Source: Escherichia phage vB_EcoS_MM-1
Length of the DNA stretch: 64,000 nucleotides
Reading direction: 5' to 3' (one strand)
Sequence record: PV577657
Shown here: piece after piece, positions 7,477 to 16,010 of the stretch
Position numbering within the stretch: position 1 is the stretch's first letter
Layout: the number at the start of each line of letters is the position of its first letter
Position numbers and translations under genes: made by a program
Notes under the pieces: model-generated
The model's input: the letters and a program-made list of their open reading frames with translations, nothing else
The model's database searches: none
Told to the model about the DNA's origin: nothing

Positions 7477-7944
7477 TTAAGTTTTAGTGACAACAGGTTT
7501 ATAGAATGTATGTCCCTTAATCTTAGTTGTTTTCTTAAACTTCTTTGTCCAGTAAGGTTTATCTTTACCACTATGGAAGTATAGTGCTCCATATGTAGGA
7601 TCTTGTGGTAAATCAACGTAGTATATCACTCTAGCTAAATTCTTAGCGGTTTGCCAAGCCTCATCAGTTTTATCAACTTTTGGTCTCTTAGATACCCAAG
7701 AGAACTGGTTAGACTGATATACTACTTTACAGTAGGAATCTGGGAATTTACCGGAGTTTACACGGTTTTTAGTAACATGTGCAATCGCCGTCATTCCCTT
7801 TATGCCCTCACCACGACTTTCGAAATAGATATTTTTAGCAATGCAATCTATTTCTTTTGCATCGTGCGATGCCTGACTACTAAAGCTGAAGGTAAGGGCA
7901 GCTACTAAAAGCAAAGCTGCCTTCATTCTTTTTACTCCTGCCAA
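7477..7944 (-). CDS. secreted SleB/CwlJ-like cell-wall hydrolase
   Basis: Signal peptide MKAALLLVAALTFSFSSQA; SleB-like motifs (NIYFES, VTKNRV, QFSW). Confidence 0.7.
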   Translation of the reverse strand: MAGVKRMKAALLLVAALTFSFSSQASHDAKEIDCIAKNIYFESRGEGIKGMTAIAHVTKNRVNSGKFPDSYCKVVYQSNQFSWVSKRPKVDKTDEAWQTAKNLARVIYYVDLPQDPTYGALYFHSGKDKPYWTKKFKKTTKIKGHTFYKPVVTKT

Positions 7945-8249
7945 TCATATTCAACACGATTGGGATTTTCTTTATACCCTAAGTCAAGCAAATCATTACG
8001 CATATTTTGCTTAGCTACTGGGTTCGAGGTTACTAGTACCACTTTCTTTGGTCTCTGCCCAAATTCTAAGAGTAAACGAAGAATTTGATAACCTTCCATA
8101 CCATCTACAGCCAAGTCATTATCCATATAAACGAAATGGCCGGTGGTATCAGTTTTATTCAGAAACTCTACAGCGGCTTCTGGGGTTCGAATGATAATGT
8201 CCATTCCGTGAAGATTACGCACATCATCAATCAAAATATGAAAAGTCAT
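7932..8249 (-). CDS. receiver (REC/CheY-like) domain protein
   Basis: ILIDDV acidic pocket, central MDNDL Asp, VVLVTSNP; CheY-fold spacing. Confidence 0.55.
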   Translation of the reverse strand: MTFHILIDDVRNLHGMDIIIRTPEAAVEFLNKTDTTGHFVYMDNDLAVDGMEGYQILRLLLEFGQRPKKVVLVTSNPVAKQNMRNDLLDLGYKENPNRVEYDWQE

Positions 8250-8320
8250 AATAGCCTCGTTTCATCAATTTAAAAATATATTATACAGATAACTTAGTAA
8301 ATTAGCAAATACATTTTTAA
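8250..8320 (-). promoter_or_regulatory. T5-type early promoter
   Basis: Minus strand TTGCTAATTTACTAAGTTATCTGTATAATATATTTTTAAATTGATGAAACGAGG. Confidence 0.55.
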
Positions 8321-8691
8321 ATTGTGAAACTAGTAAACCGATAAACAGCCTAGAGGCGCCACAGGCCATATCTTATGAGCCATGTACCTTTGATCTAGGG
8401 TTTGAATCATCAACGAATACTTTGCATCTTTTAGCTTTAGAAGTTTAGAAGTTTGAGTTCTTTAAACTTTTCAGCTTTCATACTTAAATGTTGATCTTTG
8501 AAGTTGTGTCGGTAATATCAACGACGCTTTGTTCTTACGTGTCAGCTTAAAAGGCTGGTGTAATAAACATAATCTCCAATAGATTATACTTTATAGTATG
8601 GTCAGCGGTCTTATTTAACCTCGTATTTCAACCGCTGCTGCGAGGTAAGATGCTTGGGCTTTCGTCTACCGATTTACTAGCTTTTAAATTA

Positions 8692-9330
8692 TTACTCTAC
8701 TTCAATGAAGGTAGAGGCGTTAGACTCGGACAGAACAAAATCAACATTTGTTGCAAAGTCCTGGTATTCCTCGTCATGCTGCTTAATCAGCTTCTCCAGT
8801 TCCAGCGGATCAATCAAGAATGGAGTATTCTTGAGTTCCAGCAGGTTGAGCTGCATTTTAACTTCATCTTCGGAAGTTTTCTTATCGCGGGTAGCCATGC
8901 TATCCTGCAAACGCTCATATTTAGCATCAAACTGTGCTTTCTGCGTATTAAACTTAACCGTGGCGGCATGGAACTGCTTACGCATGTTAGCCAGCAGTTG
9001 GGCTTTAAGTTCCATAGAACGCTTAGCTTCAATTGCTTCCGCAACAGTCATTTTACGAGAGCCTATCTCAACGATCGTTTCTGCATTGCTCTTAATCAGA
9101 GCAGCTTTGATACGATCACGCTGGGACATCATATCCAGCAGGGACTGGAAATCTGTCTTAATACGCTCAGATAAATCATCTACTTCGATTGCAGCGCCAA
9201 CTACAACCTTATTTTTATCCTTACCTTCACCAACAGCGATCAGAAGCTGTTGTTCAGTAGCTTTACGGATTTTAGCTTCCAGAGATTTGATAGTTGCCAG
9301 AGCGCGAGTTTTAGAGATACGAGTAGTCAT
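8692..9330 (-). CDS. hypothetical coiled-coil protein
   Basis: 212-aa ORF with AAGGAAG RBS; antisense shadow ORFs overlap. Confidence 0.7.
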   Translation of the reverse strand: MTTRISKTRALATIKSLEAKIRKATEQQLLIAVGEGKDKNKVVVGAAIEVDDLSERIKTDFQSLLDMMSQRDRIKAALIKSNAETIVEIGSRKMTVAEAIEAKRSMELKAQLLANMRKQFHAATVKFNTQKAQFDAKYERLQDSMATRDKKTSEDEVKMQLNLLELKNTPFLIDPLELEKLIKQHDEEYQDFATNVDFVLSESNASTFIEVE

Positions 9331-9383
9331 TATTTGCTTCCTTATATGAAGTTTGAGATTTGAATTTGTTTAAAGTTGGTCTA

Positions 9384-9566
9384 TTACAGACCAATTGCCA
9401 GCAGAGTGCGCAGAACAGTATCGTTACTGTTATCAATTTTAGGATTAGCACGATTTAGCAGATCAAAGATTTTCTGGATACCTGATTGACGTTCAGCCAT
9501 ACGACGGATACCCAGATTACGAGTAGCTTTCTTACCATTTTTACGAACATTTTTAGATACTGGCAT
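9384..9566 (-). CDS. small basic protein
   Basis: 60 aa, K/R-rich N-terminus. Confidence 0.5.
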   Translation of the reverse strand: MPVSKNVRKNGKKATRNLGIRRMAERQSGIQKIFDLLNRANPKIDNSNDTVLRTLLAIGL

Positions 9567-9574
9567 ATTTGTTT

Positions 9575-9636
9575 TCCTTTTATTGTTTTCTCAAATTTAT
9601 GAATATATTATACAGAATTTTGGAGCCGGAAGCAAA
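9575..9636 (-). promoter_or_regulatory. T5-type early promoter
   Basis: Shared motif with TATAAT and CATAAATTTGAG (minus strand). Confidence 0.55.
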
Positions 9637-10338
9637 TCAAATTTTCATTTTTTCGATCATAGCTGCAACACAATAGCTCTCAACTAAGGCATCAAATGCT
9701 GGGTCGTGCTTAACCGGATAGATCCCATAACGAATGGTGTCCATCTTCTCCATTTTAGCTATTGCCCAGCTAATACCTTCGGTCTCTAGAGCTTTATAAC
9801 TGTATCCAGCTTGCATCCAGAGGTTACGAAGAGATCGAACATTACCCAAATTCCAGAATTTCCACGGAACTACCTCTTCATTGGTTCCAGCATGGAACGT
9901 GTTTGCAGAGTAGATAGTCATATCAAACTCTGGACCGTTTCCATAATACAAAGCATTTTCGCCTAAAGCCAACTCCATAATATTTTTAGCCATAGAGTAG
10001 GCAGCATAGTTAGAGCCGAGTTTATTAGTGCAATGATGTTTACCATTTTGGAAGGCAATCAGTTTTGGATTACGTTCCTTCATAGCTTCCATAATGTGGA
10101 TAGCAGACGGGCTATTTTTAGCTTGATCCATCCAGAATGCTAGAGTAGATGCTGTAACTTTGGCACCAGAATTAAGTTGATCTTGTACATCCAAAGTAAC
10201 AAATATTAGATCAGGGTCTTTATCAATTCCATGCATAGCCACAAAAGCGAAAGAAGGCATTGCGATATGAGTAGTACCACAATCTCCTGGAGTTCCCAGA
10301 GATTCAATATCTAGCATACCAAATGGTTTTACTTTCAT
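9637..10338 (-). CDS. DEDDh-family 3'-5' exonuclease (DexA-like)
   Basis: Exo I LDIESLG, Exo II NGPEFD, Exo III HDPAFD motifs. Confidence 0.65.
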   Translation of the reverse strand: MKVKPFGMLDIESLGTPGDCGTTHIAMPSFAFVAMHGIDKDPDLIFVTLDVQDQLNSGAKVTASTLAFWMDQAKNSPSAIHIMEAMKERNPKLIAFQNGKHHCTNKLGSNYAAYSMAKNIMELALGENALYYGNGPEFDMTIYSANTFHAGTNEEVVPWKFWNLGNVRSLRNLWMQAGYSYKALETEGISWAIAKMEKMDTIRYGIYPVKHDPAFDALVESYCVAAMIEKMKI

Positions 10339-10366
10339 AACTTATCCTTTATTGTGTAGAAAACTA

Positions 10367-10603
10367 TTAAAGAGACAGCTCTTTAATAGACTCCCACTTC
10401 TTGGGGTCTTTAAAACCAGGAAGCATATCCTCACTGACATCCCAGTTCTCTTCCATAGAGAAGTCGGGCCACTCATTCCAGCTACCTTCCAGCTCTTCAT
10501 AACAGGTATCCATTACCTCATGACTAGAAAGTCGTGTATAATCTCTAGCGGACTTATGAGTGCTAGCACGGTTAAAATCATTCTTTGCTACAAAATTACG
10601 CAT
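10367..10603 (-). CDS. small acidic Trp-rich protein
   Basis: 78 aa; D/E- and W-rich C-terminal half. Confidence 0.55.
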   Translation of the reverse strand: MRNFVAKNDFNRASTHKSARDYTRLSSHEVMDTCYEELEGSWNEWPDFSMEENWDVSEDMLPGFKDPKKWESIKELSL

Positions 10604-10617
10604 AGTTTCTCCAAATA

Positions 10618-10642
10618 AGAGGGGCTTTCGCCCCCTGATTTA
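10618..10642 (-). terminator. stem-loop terminator
   Basis: AGGGGC-TTTC-GCCCCT hairpin. Confidence 0.5.
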
Positions 10643-10644
10643 AA

Positions 10645-10860
10645 TCATTTGCCCAGCAGTTTAAGGATATTTTCCATAATAGTTTGGGCAGATTTTTCAC
10701 TCTTGTTGGTTTCAGTCAACTTTAAAGCGAGTTCTTCCTGCTGTTTCTGAATATCAGCAGCGATTTTTTGATCAGCCTCAATACGAGCTTGAAGCTCATC
10801 AGTGATAGTGGTAAAGGAAGCAACGATTTCAGTAACGGAACGTGGTTTCTTAGAGAACAT
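10645..10860 (-). CDS. hypothetical coiled-coil protein
   Basis: 71-aa ORF. Confidence 0.55.
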   Translation of the reverse strand: MFSKKPRSVTEIVASFTTITDELQARIEADQKIAADIQKQQEELALKLTETNKSEKSAQTIMENILKLLGK

Positions 10861-10894
10861 AAAAGTATCCTTGATTAGTTAGAGAATCAGTAGA

Positions 10895-10920
10895 TTGTAG
10901 GGGCTTCTGCCCCTATTTAT
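10895..10920 (-). terminator. stem-loop terminator
   Basis: AGGGGC-TTCT-GCCCCT hairpin after stop of 10924..11439. Confidence 0.5.
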
Positions 10921-10923
10921 CTA

Positions 10924-11439
10924 TTACTTCGCTTTACGTTTGCGAGCTGGTTTAGCAGATTTACGAGCGGAATCACCCGTGAACTTAATGCCTACGCCGT
11001 AACACAGAGCACGAACATTATCTTTACTATACTCTACGCCAAAGATATTTGGCTTAACAGAACCAAACTGTCCACGAGTATCACGCAATACATCTGCTGT
11101 TGGTTTACGCTTCTGGTTAACTGCCTTCTCATAGTCTTTCATAGACATACCATTACGAGAGAACAATTCAGCCCCAGCGTTGAAGCTCAGGGAAACTGGG
11201 ACAGATTTGTGGCCGTAATTTTCTACATACATAACCATTTTGTAGGATTTACGGGTGGCATTTTTAGCTTTAGGCTTCTGACGAATCGGAGCCGGATTAT
11301 TCAGTGCTTGCGCAGCCTGAGCATCAGTAGGATGCTTACGCAGGTGACGTTCCAGACGAGCTTTGCGATTAGCCTCAGTCTTCGGGAAAGTTTTAACTGC
11401 CGGAGCTGCTTGAGTTTTTGCGTTTTTCTGCTTAGCCAT
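10924..11439 (-). CDS. basic (K/R-rich termini) protein, possible nucleic-acid binding
   Basis: 171-aa ORF with Lys/Arg-rich N- and C-termini. Confidence 0.65.
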   Translation of the reverse strand: MAKQKNAKTQAAPAVKTFPKTEANRKARLERHLRKHPTDAQAAQALNNPAPIRQKPKAKNATRKSYKMVMYVENYGHKSVPVSLSFNAGAELFSRNGMSMKDYEKAVNQKRKPTADVLRDTRGQFGSVKPNIFGVEYSKDNVRALCYGVGIKFTGDSARKSAKPARKRKAK

Positions 11440-11444
11440 TATTT

Positions 11445-11514
11445 GTTTTCCTTTTTGTTTATCAATTTATGAAGTATATTATACGAGAATTTGAAGCGTT
11501 TAGCAAATGAATTT
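11445..11514 (-). promoter_or_regulatory. T5-type early promoter
   Basis: Minus strand TTGCTAAACGCTTCAAATTCTCGTATAATATACTTCATAAATTGAT. Confidence 0.55.
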
Positions 11515-11964
11515 TTAATTTATTAACTGTAAGCTTCTTTTAATTTCAGACCTTACTTGCATCAAAAGGACTCCTAAAGTATTATCCCCGATGCCTCGGC
11601 AAACACCCCAATATGTATCTCCCCAGGTATTTCCTTCGATCAAAGTTGCATTTTCTGTTGCTAACAGTTTATCTCTTAAATCAGGAATTGCAAACTTTAA
11701 TCGTAAAAGCTCTAGCATTACATCATCTTTTACTTTATCCCAGTCAGAGCGTAGGGTTAATTTACGTCCTATACGTTTAGCAACTCCTGCATTTAGGGAG
11801 CGAAGTACATGAGCTACATCATCTTTTTGGTCGGATTTCATAGCCTGAAAAGCATGTTCTACAGTATCAGCATGCCATATCTCATTTAGATATTCGAAAG
11901 TAATTGGTGATAAATAAAAGTTAGATAAGAAACTATAAGTACCTTTAAATTCAGTAATCTTCAT
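11515..11964 (-). CDS. NADAR (YbiA-like) domain protein
   Basis: Collinear YbiA/NADAR family motifs: FLSNFY, EHAFQAMK, DTYWG, LGVLLMQVR. Confidence 0.7.
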   Translation of the reverse strand: MKITEFKGTYSFLSNFYLSPITFEYLNEIWHADTVEHAFQAMKSDQKDDVAHVLRSLNAGVAKRIGRKLTLRSDWDKVKDDVMLELLRLKFAIPDLRDKLLATENATLIEGNTWGDTYWGVCRGIGDNTLGVLLMQVRSEIKRSLQLIN

Positions 11965-12245
11965 TTTTTACGCCCCGCATCTTTAGCCTCCTCGGCTGTA
12001 TAGATATACTGATAAGCCCCTTTGGAGTAGGCTGGAGCAGTACACATTTTCTTACGCTCAATCTCTTCTTGAGCTTTTCTTTCGCGTTCCGCTAATTCTT
12101 CGTCCAAATAAACTAAACGTTGTTCTGGAGGAGGTGGAAGACGTGTTTCTGGCTCGCCAATATTAGCCTTTCTTATTTGACGAGGTGATTGTGCACGTTT
12201 TCTCAATGGTTTAAATCCTAATGAATTTGAGTTATAGATCCGCAT
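11961..12245 (-). CDS. hypothetical protein
   Basis: 94-aa ORF, start overlaps upstream stop. Confidence 0.55.
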   Translation of the reverse strand: MRIYNSNSLGFKPLRKRAQSPRQIRKANIGEPETRLPPPPEQRLVYLDEELAERERKAQEEIERKKMCTAPAYSKGAYQYIYTAEEAKDAGRKK

Positions 12246-12322
12246 AAAGCCCTCCTCACTTTCAATACGAATATTATACTAAATTATAGGGCTTTAAGCA
12301 AGAGAATTTTTTAATTTATTTA

Positions 12323-12811
12323 TCACATCTCAGCCATTTCAGCTTCAGTAATAACTGTATTACATAAGGCGTCTACAGCTTCATTACCACTAATACCAGA
12401 GTGCCCTTTAACCTTAATAAAGGTAGGATTAGTATTATGAAAGTTGATATACTGTTGTGTTAATTTAAATGCTTCCTGCCAAAGTTCTAGATTAAGAGGA
12501 ACTTCACCATCTGCTTTCTTCCAGCCTTTCCTTTGCCAAGAAAACATCCAACTTTCCATGCCATTTTTGCAATAAGCAGAGTCAGTATAGATAGCAATTG
12601 GTCTATTATCTTTTTTAACAGACCAACGTAGAGCTTCTACAATAGCTGTGAGTTCCATCTCATTATTTGTAGTTTTAGGATTATAACCAGATTTAGAACC
12701 TAAACGATCGTCGTTATCATCATAGACAATAAAACCCCAAGCACCCGGACCTGGGTTAGACTTACAAGCACCATCTGTATAAATGTGGAAAACCGACATT
12801 ATACCTCCCAA
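12323..12811 (-). CDS. rnhA: RNase H (RNase HI-like)
   Basis: HIYTDGAC...GAWGF motif, conserved acidic residues; alternative start at MSVFHIY (about 12799). Confidence 0.8.
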   Translation of the reverse strand: MGGIMSVFHIYTDGACKSNPGPGAWGFIVYDDNDDRLGSKSGYNPKTTNNEMELTAIVEALRWSVKKDNRPIAIYTDSAYCKNGMESWMFSWQRKGWKKADGEVPLNLELWQEAFKLTQQYINFHNTNPTFIKVKGHSGISGNEAVDALCNTVITEAEMAEM

Positions 12812-13080
12812 CTAATTTTAAGACCCATGTCTACAAAGGCGGCTTCTCGGTAGTATTGTGAGAGATGATACCCCTTATCCGATAAGGTTTTTAGTACTGA
12901 TTTAGCTGCTCCTGGCATTTCTCTAGGATTATATAGCCACCTAGCGTAAGGATTATCTCGAATAATTACTTCTGTATTTCCAGACTTAGCAGCTTCTACA
13001 ATCTTTTCTTCTATAAACTTTAGAAATGCGGGTACTTCTGTTAATCCTGCAAGTTCTTGGGCTTCTTTGGCTGAAATCAT
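12799..13080 (-). CDS. hypothetical protein
   Basis: 93-aa ORF. Confidence 0.55.
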   Translation of the reverse strand: MISAKEAQELAGLTEVPAFLKFIEEKIVEAAKSGNTEVIIRDNPYARWLYNPREMPGAAKSVLKTLSDKGYHLSQYYREAAFVDMGLKISWEV

Positions 13081-13280
13081 GGCTTTTCACCTTCTGCTAC
13101 ACTTCTGGTTTTTGGTGGGATGGGAGGGTTAGGTTTTATAGCCGCTAATTCCCTATCTAAGAATTCCTCTATTGCTCTATCTACAAAGTAGTCATAGGGT
13201 AAATGATAATGTTCTGATAGAGTAAGAAGTTTGTGCTCTTGGCTTTCTGTTAAATAAACTTTCTTTCTAAAGAGTCCCAT
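13077..13280 (-). CDS. hypothetical protein
   Basis: 67-aa ORF. Confidence 0.5.
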   Translation of the reverse strand: MGLFRKKVYLTESQEHKLLTLSEHYHLPYDYFVDRAIEEFLDRELAAIKPNPPIPPKTRSVAEGEKP

Positions 13281-13349
13281 ATGTGTATCTCCAATTTATA
13301 AAATATATTATATTTAAATTTCACTAAATAAGCAAATGAAATTTAAATA

Positions 13350-13372
13350 TAATAGCCCCGAAGGGCTATTTA
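13350..13372 (-). terminator. stem-loop terminator after thyA
   Basis: TAGCCC-CGAA-GGGCTA hairpin. Confidence 0.5.
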
Positions 13373-13374
13373 AA

Positions 13375-14229
13375 TTACACAGTGAATGGATATGCAATAG
13401 CAGGATGGTGTTCGTAACCACGAACAGTAAAATCATCCTTATTTACCCAGGTCAATACATCCTCCAGAGTTCGGATATTTGGATTGATTTCTAGAGTAGG
13501 AGGTGCAAAGGGTTCACGATCAAATTGCTTATGCTCCATCAAAACATTATACTGATCCTCATAGATATGAAGATTGATAATCTTCTGGCGTGCAATCCCT
13601 GGTTTAAGGCCTGTAATCTGTGCCATTAATGCTAGAAGCGTATAGCACTGAACCATGTTAAATACTTGGCCTAACAGGAAGTCATTAGATCTCTGGAAAG
13701 AGTTCAGATATAATGTATCTCCCAAAATAGAGAACTGATGAGTATGCATACATGGACGTAAGCAACCCTTTGAGAACTCCCCCGGATTCCAGAAGGTTAG
13801 AATTTCCCCACGATCATCAATGCCCTTTTTCAGATTATGATAAATCTTGGCTAGTTGGTCAAACATAAGACCATCGGAATTAGTCCACTGACGTCCTTGA
13901 ACACCATAGACTCGTCCCATATCATCCTCACCTTTACGGTATGGATTGTCTAGCCAAGCTAAGTTTTCATTTGCATTAGCATTCCATGTGTTAACACCAA
14001 TAGCGCGGAATTGTGCTGCTGAATCATACCCACGTAGATACCCAATCATTTCCATTATTGCTTGTTTTGCAAACGCCTTACGAGTAGTAATAAGTGGGAA
14101 TTCACCTGCACCTACGTTAAAAGTAAAATCTGCATCAATAATGGTGAGGCAACGAACCCCTGTTCTGGGATTCGTTACCCACTGACCTTCTGATAGAATA
14201 CGTTTTCCAACTTCTATATACTGATCCAT
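13375..14229 (-). CDS. thyA: thymidylate synthase
   Basis: Active-site [10 protein letters not shown] motif; 284 aa. Confidence 0.9.
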   Translation of the reverse strand: MDQYIEVGKRILSEGQWVTNPRTGVRCLTIIDADFTFNVGAGEFPLITTRKAFAKQAIMEMIGYLRGYDSAAQFRAIGVNTWNANANENLAWLDNPYRKGEDDMGRVYGVQGRQWTNSDGLMFDQLAKIYHNLKKGIDDRGEILTFWNPGEFSKGCLRPCMHTHQFSILGDTLYLNSFQRSNDFLLGQVFNMVQCYTLLALMAQITGLKPGIARQKIINLHIYEDQYNVLMEHKQFDREPFAPPTLEINPNIRTLEDVLTWVNKDDFTVRGYEHHPAIAYPFTV

Positions 14230-14762
14230 TAATAAGTAACCAATTCCTGTACAAATCGCAGGCTGTTATCACTGTTTGCGCCAGTTGCGTAAACTAAACG
14301 AGTAGATTCATAGTTGTAATCTAGAATCGTATTATCCAGATATACATCTGCCTCTAGTTTTTGATTACTAAAGATTGTGGATACAAAAGCACTTTCAATA
14401 TGACCATATTGATACATTTCTAGAAGAAGGTTAGCACCACCTAGAACTACTGTCTGCTGATCTTTCAGAAATGTAGGTAAAGCATCCCCAATCTTAGAAA
14501 TTGGGGTGTAAATATCATGTGTAATATCATCTGGCAGTGGACGATCAGCACGAATAAATAGGTCAGAAGCTCCAATCATACGTTCTCTAACGGCGTATGG
14601 AAGAGCTAAATAAGTACCCGCACCAATGATGATGTTATCTGGATTCAACACGTCCAGTTGAGAATAGAAAGCATCTAGTTCTTCTTTGAAGGAACCCCAT
14701 GGAAGTTTACCGCGGAGGCCGAACTCCCCATTCGGCCCAACTGCATACATTGCTGTAATCAT
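14229..14762 (-). CDS. dihydrofolate reductase
   Basis: 177 aa, DHFR N-terminal signature (GKLPW). Confidence 0.8.
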   Translation of the reverse strand: MITAMYAVGPNGEFGLRGKLPWGSFKEELDAFYSQLDVLNPDNIIIGAGTYLALPYAVRERMIGASDLFIRADRPLPDDITHDIYTPISKIGDALPTFLKDQQTVVLGGANLLLEMYQYGHIESAFVSTIFSNQKLEADVYLDNTILDYNYESTRLVYATGANSDNSLRFVQELVTY

Positions 14763-15904
14763 AAGAAATCTCCAAATTCATTACCCAGATCTTTCAGAGT
14801 ATCAGTAGAGGTCTCAGTTACCTGACCTACACGGTAGGCTGCACCAATCTGGATTTCTTGTGGAGCAGGCTGTAGAGAAGTAGTATCCAACCAGTTCATA
14901 ATCCACGGAATAGGGTTTTTGGTGATTACTGGTAAATGACTAGGCCATTCTACACCGATGTGCATAAATGCATTACGTCCCACAAAATACAGATATTCTT
15001 CTAGAAGTTCTGCATTCAAGCCAATCAGACTACGACCTTTGAAAATGAAATGACCCCATTCAATTTCAGTTTTCAGAGTTTTCAGGAGCTGTGCTGGTGC
15101 TTTAGCCACTGCTTCATCTACCAGATCTTTGTCAAATTGCTGAAACATAATCTGGATGATTGCTTTGGACATCTGAGTGTGCAGAGCTTCATCTTTAGCG
15201 ATTAATTGCAGATTTTTAGCAATACCTTGCAGAATATCGTTCTCTGCTAATGCAAAGGTACATGCAAAGGATGCGTAAAACTGCATTGCTTCCAGACCAT
15301 AGATCGCAAAGTAAGCGTCTAATAGTTTAGCCTGAGTTTCACGTTTAACTTCAGGGAACTCAGTTTCTGGATATGTATTGTCGCCACGATGATCGCGTAC
15401 TGCGATGAAATACTGACCTAACTGGTACAGTTCATCGAATAGTTCAACAGAATCAGCGATGCGCGCGAATGCTTCTTGGTTTTTGGTTACAGAATCAATA
15501 AATTCTGCTGGATCAGTCAGCACATTACGAATAATATTGCTATAAGCACGACTATGCAGGTCTTCAAAATAGCTCCACTGTTTGAGCATACCTTCCAATT
15601 CTGGACGACTTACAAGCGGCATAATAGCTGCTTCAGGGGCACGACTGATAAAGGAATCAGTTTGAGTTTGCCATGCTAAGTTCAGGAGTGTAATTTCCTG
15701 AATTTCTCGTGGGAGATTAGGCCATTGTTTCTTATCTGCTTCCAGACTGATTTCAGTTTCAGTCCAAAATTGAGAGCGCTGCAGAAGTGCCAGACGTTCT
15801 AGTTCTGGATGTGCTACACGTACATAATCTGCGATACCGAGAGAATCTCCCAGGAAAAGGTCGGCGTTAGTATGATCCCAATTCAGGTTTAGTAAAGTAG
15901 TCAT
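14759..15904 (-). CDS. nrdB: ribonucleotide reductase class Ia beta subunit
   Basis: 381 aa, ferritin-like di-iron ligand pattern (EALHT); overlaps DHFR start. Confidence 0.85.
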   Translation of the reverse strand: MTTLLNLNWDHTNADLFLGDSLGIADYVRVAHPELERLALLQRSQFWTETEISLEADKKQWPNLPREIQEITLLNLAWQTQTDSFISRAPEAAIMPLVSRPELEGMLKQWSYFEDLHSRAYSNIIRNVLTDPAEFIDSVTKNQEAFARIADSVELFDELYQLGQYFIAVRDHRGDNTYPETEFPEVKRETQAKLLDAYFAIYGLEAMQFYASFACTFALAENDILQGIAKNLQLIAKDEALHTQMSKAIIQIMFQQFDKDLVDEAVAKAPAQLLKTLKTEIEWGHFIFKGRSLIGLNAELLEEYLYFVGRNAFMHIGVEWPSHLPVITKNPIPWIMNWLDTTSLQPAPQEIQIGAAYRVGQVTETSTDTLKDLGNEFGDFL

Positions 15905-16010
15905 TGATTTTCCTCTTTCTCACTATTTCAGGAATATTATAGCAAATCTGGTAGCGATTAGCAAGTAAAATTTCAAAGAAAAAGGAGACCCGAAGATCTC
16001 CTTGTTTTTA

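Noticed and set aside
8705-9349. 214-aa plus-strand ORF antisense to 8692..9330
   Set aside because: Ser/Leu-rich low-complexity translation typical of a shadow ORF; the minus-strand ORF has the RBS and promoter context.
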